From: Ignavibacteria bacterium
Lineage (GTDB): Bacteria > Bacteroidota > Ignavibacteria > Ignavibacteriales > SURF-24
Assembly (NCBI GenBank): GCA_025612245.1
Contig: JAAXKQ010000010.1
Location: 75,228 to 139,227 of the forward strand
Direction: 5' to 3'
DNA length: 64,000 nucleotides
Shown: piece after piece, positions 57,173 through 64,000 of the stretch
Layout: each line of letters starts with the position of its first letter
Numbering within the stretch: position 1 is the first letter of the stretch
Position numbers and translations under genes: made by a program
The notes under the pieces: generated by a model
Told to the model about the DNA's origin: nothing
Databases searched by the model: none
Seen by the model: only the letters and a program-made list of their open reading frames with translations

Positions 57173-59911
57173 TTAAAAGTGTTTTTTCTGCCTGCGGCCT
57201 GCCGCCATGTTGGCAATGTCCGATGCCTTATTCTTGTCAATTACGGCAATGACCGGCCGGCCGGCCAGGAGCATAATATTCTCATTGAATTTTTTCATCT
57301 CACCGTAGAGTTCGGCATCTCTACCGTAGCCCTGGCCTAAAGAAATCTCCTGCATGCTGGACTGAACTGCATTAATGGTCCTTATTACCAAGTCTGCCTG
57401 TCCGGAAGCATAATCTTGCATTGGAGCAATAACCTCAGGACCCTTTTCTCCAACAACAATTCCGCCCTTTGCATAACCCGGTAACTTCTGATCTGCAATT
57501 ATGGCCACATTGGCCAGACCGGCTACTACAGTAGCCGCTGCAAGAGGAATACCCCAAATTGGACCTAAGCCATCAGGGGCAGGTTTCAAGGCAGCTGTTG
57601 CAGCATTATATGTGCTCATAATAGTGCTTGCTATGTTCGCGGCCTGCTGAAGGCGGAACCATACAAGAAGTTTTTCCTTTGCCTTGGAATTTGCCTCATC
57701 ATCAAGTTTATCTTTTTTATTTTGATAATCCTGGTCGATGCGCTCGCGATCTTTCTGTGTCTTGGCATGCTTAAGAAGAGTTTTATGCTCCTCTTCAAGT
57801 TTTTTCTCTTCCTTGTCCTTCCATGACTTAATGTCATAGCTGGCTGACTGTTCTGCAAACTGGTAAATCGAGCTAAAGGCATTTGCCCAGCCGGAGGCAA
57901 TTATTTGATTACGTTCTTCCTCTTTTTTCTTGCGTAGTTTATCTAAATCATCCAGCTTGTTTTCAAATATTAACCTTATTAAAAGCTGTGCCTCAAGACT
58001 GTTTTTGTAAAGTTCTGTTTCCGTCTGTTTGGCATACCATGCCCTAATTTCAGCTTCCTGCCGGTCCAGCTCATCACGCTTTGCGTCAACAGCAATATCC
58101 CTAACTTCCTGTGCCCGCTCAATTTTCTTATTCGTAATCTCAATATCAATCAGCTCAAGATCATGCATTATCTCCTTTTCCTTTTCAGGATCAGGCTCTA
58201 AAAGATAGAGTTTTTCAAAATACTCTCTTTTCTTTTCAAGTTTTTGAACGTCCGAAGCCTTCTGAAGCTCAAGCTTTTTCTGCTCAAAATCATAATCCTT
58301 AGAAAGAAGGTTTTTATAATGTTCGTCAGTAAGCTTTGTTACCGTATTTTGATAATTTGCATCCTCAACTTTTTTTTGGGTGTTTAAATTGTCTATTTTC
58401 TGCCTTGTCGAAGCATCAATAATATCCTTTTTTTTAAGCGCCTCTATCTCGGCATCAATACCCTTGATCTTAGTATCATGATTGATTTTGAGGACCTGTG
58501 TATCTTTTTCATATTGGCTGATAGATTTATTTCGCTCAACTCCAAGTTCCTTCAGTTTTCCTTTCAGCTCCTCGGCTTCTTTTTTCTCAGATGCAAGCTG
58601 ATCACTGGACGAACTCTGCGGAGTATATTTCTTATTCAGGTCTTCAATCGCCTTTTTGAGCTTTTCAGCATTGCCTTTGGCTATGTCATATTTCTCGCTT
58701 CCTACGGTCAAGTATCCGTTTACGGCATCAATTGATCCCTGCAGGGCAGAGAGTTCATTGGGAGTAAAATCTTTTATAGTTTTCTTAAGGTCAGAAAGGC
58801 TGATCTTACCATCTGCCAGCGCAACCTTAAATTTAATCAGTCTGTCAGTTGAGACCTCAATAGATTTATTATAAAGCTTCTTATCCTCAACAAGCTTATT
58901 CAGCTCGGACTGAAGATATTTAACGTTCAGCGCTGCATCCTTGTATTCCCTGGATTCTGTATTAGAAACTGTATTTGCTTCCCCCTTGGTAATTACAGTT
59001 TTAAACTTCAGGTTCTCCTGCTCTACTTTTGCAAGTCTAAGCTCTTCTTTCTTATTCTCTATTGCTTTATCGGACTCTTTATTATAATCCTTAAGTGTAT
59101 CTCTTGCTTCCTCAATTGAGCTGAACTTAAACTGTGCTATCTTATCAGCCAGGTTCATAAATTTCTTAGCCGCTTCTTCTGCAGCATTACCTGTTTTCTT
59201 TATTTCTTCGGTGGAGTCTTCAAATAACTTTGGGAGAAGCTGCATAAGGAACATTACGCCGTTAACTGCAAGCAAAAGCCCACCCGGTCCTTTAAGGCTC
59301 TCAACCAGACTCTGGCCGATGGTCTTGCTCATTTTCTCGGCTTCCTTCTGAGCATACTGGAAGTACTGTATGATCATCGGAATATTATTGGCGATACTTT
59401 GAAGACCAGACCTGAAGCTCATGAGAAACATCGACGAATCCCCAAGAGCATAGCCTAACTGTCCGATTGCCATATTCATACTATTGGCACTCTGTACAAT
59501 TTTATTCTGGCTTCCCGGCAATTCATCCTGTTTTCCAATAACATTCTTGTATGCTCCCTGAAGGGCATCAATGGCGACCGTGTGGCTTTTATATTCACTG
59601 GAGGTTAAGGCAAGCGCTTTAGCTTCTTCCTGAAGCTTTTGAATAACCTGAGAGATTTGATTCTGGCTTAAATCGTTATACTTAATAAAATCTACTATGG
59701 ATCCAATAGTCTCTTCATCAGCGGCAGAAATGCCTAAAAGATGTGTCTTAAACTGGTCTAAAACAGGGTTTATGTTCTTAAAGGTTTCACCCGTTATTTT
59801 GAGGGTTTCTTTAAGTTTTTCGAACTGCCGGTCTGTAAGCTGAACTTCCTGAATAGCTTCCTGGCCGTCAACAACGATTTTTATCATTACCTGTCTTAAT
59901 TCTTCTGCCAC
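57173..59911 (-). CDS. Tape measure protein
   Basis: 912 aa helical; QLGYALGD...IANNIP, AGLANVA.I, GYAKGG.VVGEKGPEVI; follows chaperones. Confidence 0.88.
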   Translation of the reverse strand: MAEELRQVMIKIVVDGQEAIQEVQLTDRQFEKLKETLKITGETFKNINPVLDQFKTHLLGISAADEETIGSIVDFIKYNDLSQNQISQVIQKLQEEAKALALTSSEYKSHTVAIDALQGAYKNVIGKQDELPGSQNKIVQSANSMNMAIGQLGYALGDSSMFLMSFRSGLQSIANNIPMIIQYFQYAQKEAEKMSKTIGQSLVESLKGPGGLLLAVNGVMFLMQLLPKLFEDSTEEIKKTGNAAEEAAKKFMNLADKIAQFKFSSIEEARDTLKDYNKESDKAIENKKEELRLAKVEQENLKFKTVITKGEANTVSNTESREYKDAALNVKYLQSELNKLVEDKKLYNKSIEVSTDRLIKFKVALADGKISLSDLKKTIKDFTPNELSALQGSIDAVNGYLTVGSEKYDIAKGNAEKLKKAIEDLNKKYTPQSSSSDQLASEKKEAEELKGKLKELGVERNKSISQYEKDTQVLKINHDTKIKGIDAEIEALKKKDIIDASTRQKIDNLNTQKKVEDANYQNTVTKLTDEHYKNLLSKDYDFEQKKLELQKASDVQKLEKKREYFEKLYLLEPDPEKEKEIMHDLELIDIEITNKKIERAQEVRDIAVDAKRDELDRQEAEIRAWYAKQTETELYKNSLEAQLLIRLIFENKLDDLDKLRKKKEEERNQIIASGWANAFSSIYQFAEQSASYDIKSWKDKEEKKLEEEHKTLLKHAKTQKDRERIDQDYQNKKDKLDDEANSKAKEKLLVWFRLQQAANIASTIMSTYNAATAALKPAPDGLGPIWGIPLAAATVVAGLANVAIIADQKLPGYAKGGIVVGEKGPEVIAPMQDYASGQADLVIRTINAVQSSMQEISLGQGYGRDAELYGEMKKFNENIMLLAGRPVIAVIDKNKASDIANMAAGRRQKKHF

Positions 59912-59924
59912 TTAGATTTTCCCT

Positions 59925-60240
59925 TTATTTTTTCTTAAGTCCTTTAAGCCGCTCTATCTCGTACAGAAGGCCGTTTAACATCTCCACTCTTTTTAAGTAA
60001 TAGTATTTCCGGATTTCCCAATAATTTGTTTGTCCCAGGAGTTTAAGTTTGGAAGGGTCGCCTTCTGAAAGCAGATAAAGCCTTGTCTCGTCCTTGTTTA
60101 GATGAACCTTTTCTATAAACTTTGGAGCATCAACATTCTTTAAAGTTTCATATTCCTCAAGAGTTTGTTCTGTTGCATAATTGACCTCCTCGTCCTTGAG
60201 ATCGAATTCTGCGCGTGTTCTATTACTGATAAAAAAAAAT
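59925..60240 (-). CDS. Tail assembly chaperone, frameshift (T-like) segment
   Basis: -1 frame relative to 60140-60496, entered at a T9 slippery run; ends just before the tape measure gene. Confidence 0.7.
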
Positions 60241-60496
60241 CGGTTATCACTTCGCTCGATATACTTGAACGGAAAGAGCCCCATGAAAATCCCTCGGGAA
60301 GTTTTACCTGAGGTACAAGTATTATTTCAAGGAGCCTGTTTTGCTCCTCCTGGGTCTGCCTTAACATGATAGTATTACCATCAACAGCCATAAGGCTGCT
60401 AAGAAGATTATTCGCTTCAACGGCCTCATCGTTCGTGAGGTCAACGTTAAGGACGAACTTGAGTCCGTCCTTATTTTCATAGATTTTCTTTTTCAT
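60140..60496 (-). CDS. Tail assembly chaperone (G-like)
   Basis: Between tail tube and tape measure; ITDFF encoded across GAT TTT TTT TTA. Confidence 0.72.
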   Translation of the reverse strand: MKKKIYENKDGLKFVLNVDLTNDEAVEANNLLSSLMAVDGNTIMLRQTQEEQNRLLEIILVPQVKLPEGFSWGSFRSSISSEVITDFFLSVIEHAQNSISRTRRSIMQQNKLLRNMKL

Positions 60497-60517
60497 AAAG
60501 CCTATTTCAATTAATTG

Positions 60518-61453
60518 TTAACCTATAATCATTGTGCCGCCGAGCTTCCCGGTGTCCTCGGCTGCTCCGCCCTTGTCGGCCCCGAACTGAAAATCAACGT
60601 CATGAATGGGCACGTCACCTTCAAAGATAACCTTGCGGTACCTGTTCGAGTCGCCGATCTTAAATTCATTCTTCTGCGTTAAGATGCCGCTTGCAAACTG
60701 GAACTTGTCGTAATTGGCGCCTGAGTTTTTCTCAGTGAATATTAGCGTGTCTGTCATATTCTTTCCCATCTGGGATACAATCTTCGCTATGGAAGAATCC
60801 TTGCCCGAGATCGCGAGGGAAAAGGTTAGCCAGGATACCCCGGATATGTTATAATCCGATGGTTCGCCCTTGGTCTTGATTGAAAGGCTGCGCTCAATTA
60901 TATCGAACTTGCTTGGGAATATAGGCGCGCCCGTGGGGTACTCGAAAGCGCCATAGCGGGGCGATCTGTAAGCCGTAGCGTCAATACCTTCACCGGTACC
61001 GAGGTTTGCCTCTTCGGCTTCATTCGCCAGGGCAAGAAAAGCCTCTGTGTCCTCGTATTCCATGGCGCGCTGTAGCGTAAGCTTGGTTGAACGCTTCTTG
61101 CTTCCTATGAAGTGCTCGAAGTCCAGGCCCATAATGTTATCGCCCGTGAACTGGAATACGTCCTTGTCTCCTGCAGCGTTCTGCTTGTTGGAAACCATCT
61201 GCACGTCACAGTTGCCGCTTACCCAGCCGAGCAAAAGCTTCAGGAATGCCATTGTACCCTGCATGGTCTCGCACTCAGCCTTTAGGTTCATCATATTTCT
61301 TAAGGAACGGTTACGGTAGTCATTGATCGGATTATATTCCGTTATGTCCAGGTCAACCGGAGTCCTGAAGCCCATAAGTACCGGGTTAACGGGTGCCGTA
61401 GTTAAAGTATTTAAGTTACAAAGGCCGATTCTTGCTATTCCAATGGGGTTCAT
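60518..61453 (-). CDS. Major tail tube protein (putative)
   Basis: Position between gp37-like gene and chaperones; beta-rich 311 aa; no sheath gene. Confidence 0.6.
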   Translation of the reverse strand: MNPIGIARIGLCNLNTLTTAPVNPVLMGFRTPVDLDITEYNPINDYRNRSLRNMMNLKAECETMQGTMAFLKLLLGWVSGNCDVQMVSNKQNAAGDKDVFQFTGDNIMGLDFEHFIGSKKRSTKLTLQRAMEYEDTEAFLALANEAEEANLGTGEGIDATAYRSPRYGAFEYPTGAPIFPSKFDIIERSLSIKTKGEPSDYNISGVSWLTFSLAISGKDSSIAKIVSQMGKNMTDTLIFTEKNSGANYDKFQFASGILTQKNEFKIGDSNRYRKVIFEGDVPIHDVDFQFGADKGGAAEDTGKLGGTMIIG

Positions 61454-61483
61454 ATTATACCTTCAAAATGATTTATAAAAATA

Positions 61484-61942
61484 TTAGTTTGCTTCTCTAT
61501 ACTGCTTTTCAACAAATACCACGGGAACGTTAAACGTTATTCCGTACCACCACTCATAATTCTGTTCCTTGAGCCATTCATCTTCCTCAGCCGTAATGAA
61601 CCTGTCGGGCCGGTCCACATCCAGCTCCGTTCCGCTTAAGGCATCTGTAGCCCATTCGACATATGCCTCCGGAGTGAGGTTATCGGTTGTTTTCCTGATA
61701 ACGGCAATAACCCCTATCTTTATATCCCTGTTCTGGAGGACTCCGTTCTCAGCCTTGCTCGGGCTAAACTTGCCTCCCTTGTAAACAATCAAAATTTCAC
61801 CCTTGGAGTGGTTTAATTTGTAGTCATCAATACTCCTGGGGAAACTTATGGGGAGGCGGCTTTCACCGTTTAAGTCAGCCATGGAGGCTTCAAGTTTGGT
61901 TTTTACAAGTTCTTTTACGCTTTCAATTGTATAGTAAATCAT
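61484..61942 (-). CDS. Mu Gp37-family tail completion protein
   Basis: FP.S...YKLNHSKGEILIVYKG.KF motif. Confidence 0.78.
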   Translation of the reverse strand: MIYYTIESVKELVKTKLEASMADLNGESRLPISFPRSIDDYKLNHSKGEILIVYKGGKFSPSKAENGVLQNRDIKIGVIAVIRKTTDNLTPEAYVEWATDALSGTELDVDRPDRFITAEEDEWLKEQNYEWWYGITFNVPVVFVEKQYREAN

Positions 61943-61946
61943 CTTA

Positions 61947-62669
61947 TTATTCCCATAAAGGCAGGTTTAATTCACATTTAAGAAGCGGTTTTACACCTGT
62001 TAAAGACTGCTTTAAGCCGTTATAAATCCCGCCTTCAAGGTTTATGTAAAAGAACATAAATCGCTGATTGTAGGAGATTGTAAGGTATTTTCCAGCCTCA
62101 CTTCCCTGCGTAACCCTGTAATCTGCTCCAAGCTTCAGCTGCCACTTGGGTATTATTTTTTCAGTTTTGGCTGTGAGTGTCTCGCTGGACAAAGCCGAAT
62201 GATGTTCTTCTATAGTTTCTTTCTCCGACTCGGTCTTAAGTGTATCCGTGCGCGAAATCTTAACTGCCGGAACATTAAAAAGGTTATCCCAGAGGTTTTT
62301 TGTTATGTTGTAGCGGACAAGAGCAAAGAAGCCTGTCTTGGTGTCCAGTGTGTCCCAGGAAGCGACCTGGTCAGGCTGCAAAATTTTATTTTTAAGCGAG
62401 TCGCCTGCAGTACTGCTAAGCCTGCCCGGGGCTTTAGAAGAGATCACTTTCATTGTTTTAGTGGTATCCTCTTTCCCTTTTTTTATGGTTTCGGTATACT
62501 TTATTACCTGGCTTTTAGCCGTGCTGTCATGAGATGTAACTTTTTGAGAGCTCTTAACATTGTTCTCCCCGATGTGGGAGAAAAGAAGGATTAAAATTGC
62601 ACATACTGCAAAGCCGCATAAAAAGCCCGCAATAAAAGTGCTTATCAGTTTCTTTTTCTCTTCAGACAT
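61947..62669 (-). CDS. Phage membrane protein next to endolysin (spanin-like candidate)
   Basis: N-terminal TM, low-complexity T/K/S linker, amphipathic beta-strand C-terminus. Confidence 0.5.
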   Translation of the reverse strand: MSEEKKKLISTFIAGFLCGFAVCAILILLFSHIGENNVKSSQKVTSHDSTAKSQVIKYTETIKKGKEDTTKTMKVISSKAPGRLSSTAGDSLKNKILQPDQVASWDTLDTKTGFFALVRYNITKNLWDNLFNVPAVKISRTDTLKTESEKETIEEHHSALSSETLTAKTEKIIPKWQLKLGADYRVTQGSEAGKYLTISYNQRFMFFYINLEGGIYNGLKQSLTGVKPLLKCELNLPLWE

Positions 62670-62684
62670 TTTTACTCCCTAAAT

Positions 62685-63449
62685 TCAGATTTTATTTTCA
62701 AATGAAAGATCAATGTTTTTAGCCATCATAACCTCAGTCTTCAGCTCTGAGGGAATAGCCTGCAGCGGCATGGGATTTATGTTCAGGTCAACGACTACAG
62801 GGGCTTTCTCTGCAATGGCCTTGTCTATTAAAGCAGCCTCTTTTTTTCTTCTATCCTCAAGACTCTTCATAGCGTGGGTTGTTCCGGCAATGGCATCGGC
62901 AAGCCCTGTAAAATTCTTATCTGCAATAAAATCCTTTGCCTCCCTTACGGCCCTGTTGTAACCCCTGTTATATGAATAGCTTAAAAGCGCTGTATGGACG
63001 GCTGAGGCTACCACCAAGGGCTTAATTGTAAGAAGGCCCGGCATGGCATCCACAAGAGGCATCCAGTAAAGAGGAGCGGTAAACTTATCCATAATATAAA
63101 GCGACACATCACTGGGGATTAGCATCTTCCCCTTAAAGAACTGTTCGTTCAGCCTTATCCATTCAATTGCATTATACCTGGTAAGCCCTATGCTTTTATT
63201 TAGCAGCTGAGCCTGAGTGTCCGACACAAGGTTCAGGCCTCTGTAATATTCAATTACCTCGCGGGCCACCGCGGCCTCGCAGTTTCCCAGGTCGAGCCCC
63301 GGGTCAATTGTAATGCCTGACTGGCTTTTAGGCCTTTGCCTGGAGTCCGGATAATAGGCGCTGGAGTTGTAGTATTTTGCGCCTGAGCCTTCCTCGGAAT
63401 GCACCCAGGCAAGGTTTCCTTTAAAGCCTAATTTTTCCATGTTCGTCAT
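62685..63449 (-). CDS. Endolysin, pesticin-like muramidase
   Basis: EEG......AYYP.....SGITIDPGLDLG, ALLSY.YNRG, L..RR..EA.L. Confidence 0.78.
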   Translation of the reverse strand: MTNMEKLGFKGNLAWVHSEEGSGAKYYNSSAYYPDSRQRPKSQSGITIDPGLDLGNCEAAVAREVIEYYRGLNLVSDTQAQLLNKSIGLTRYNAIEWIRLNEQFFKGKMLIPSDVSLYIMDKFTAPLYWMPLVDAMPGLLTIKPLVVASAVHTALLSYSYNRGYNRAVREAKDFIADKNFTGLADAIAGTTHAMKSLEDRRKKEAALIDKAIAEKAPVVVDLNINPMPLQAIPSELKTEVMMAKNIDLSFENKI

Positions 63450-63452
63450 ATT

Positions 63453-63917
63453 TTAAAACCTGCTTAATACGTCTTTTGAAAAAATCCTGTCTTCCTGTGT
63501 CTTGTTAACCCTTATCTCCACACCCTGCCCCGGAGTATCCGAAATCTTGTCTATCTCAAGCTGTATAAAACCTTTCTGGATGCTCAGGAGGTCCTTTACC
63601 GTAAGTTTATAATCCGTAACCAGGCTTTCCGGCATCTCCAGAATGTGGCGCCTTTTGTAAAGGTTATAGACTGCAATAGACCGGCTGAACTTTTTTACCC
63701 TGTTTGGGACACTCGTTAAAGGAAGAGTATACCGGCTTCTTAAATAGCTGTCAATTTCATCATCAGCGTCTTTTACCGCGTTATTAACGCGTTTTATTAT
63801 TGGGTCCTCCGGATCACTTAGGCTTATCTCCTCCATTGTCCTGTTCTCATCGTTGGTCAGCTGGATCAGGAGGTCCTGGTCTATGTCCTGCTTTATTTCG
63901 TCAAAACTCGAATACAT
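63453..63917 (-). CDS. Mu gp36-like head-tail connector (DUF1320)
   Basis: MY.S......L.QLT.D, AV.DA..EIDSYL.SRY.LPL..VP, IAVY.LY.RR; ATG 63917 preferred. Confidence 0.88.
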   Translation of the reverse strand: MYSSFDEIKQDIDQDLLIQLTNDENRTMEEISLSDPEDPIIKRVNNAVKDADDEIDSYLRSRYTLPLTSVPNRVKKFSRSIAVYNLYKRRHILEMPESLVTDYKLTVKDLLSIQKGFIQLEIDKISDTPGQGVEIRVNKTQEDRIFSKDVLSRF

Positions 63918-64000
63918 TTTTACCTTTTTTTTATTTCTATAACCGGATGGGAAGAAGATCCGGATTAGTTCTCCTCCTCCCATCCTTTTGCAGCCGTCCG

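Larger units (their letters stand above)
52095..64000 (-). mobile_element. Mu-like (transposable) prophage, late tail region; continues beyond window
   Basis: Mu gp36- and gp37-like genes, endolysin, tail tube, frameshifted chaperones, tape measure, tail tip and fibre in collinear order. Confidence 0.85.

Overview
Bacterial chromosome window, most consistent with an Ignavibacteria-type (FCB group) genome; this is inferred from gene content and promoter motifs, not from a search. 1-35.3 kb is core genome: sugar-nucleotide genes, redox enzymes, a fliL-flhG flagellar export operon, a type IV pilus cluster with unusual MGQQQ-start pilins, signalling genes, and three copies of a strand-biased heptamer/REP-like intergenic repeat. 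From tRNA-Lys(TTT) at 35232 the DNA becomes AT-rich. Two integrase-less islands are stacked there, each ending in a displaced copy of the tRNA 3' half (39139, 47856), and both carry defence-type genes: PD-(D/E)XK, PLD nuclease, a PD-lambda-1/SNIPE-like DUF4041-GIY-YIG protein, SIR2-like DUF4917, and a nuclease-ImmA/IrrE fusion. The best candidate for an undescribed system is a tightly coupled five-gene operon at 44118-47699: Ogg2-type DNA glycosylase, small Ser/Gly-tailed HIRAN-like protein, PfkB kinase-nucleoside deoxyribosyltransferase fusion, QueC-like enzyme and SagB/ThcOx-type oxidase. An XRE regulator and a stand-alone OLD nuclease follow. From about 52095 to the window end lies the tail end of a transposable (Mu-like), siphovirus-type prophage on the minus strand. 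All family calls are by eye from motifs; no database searches were run.
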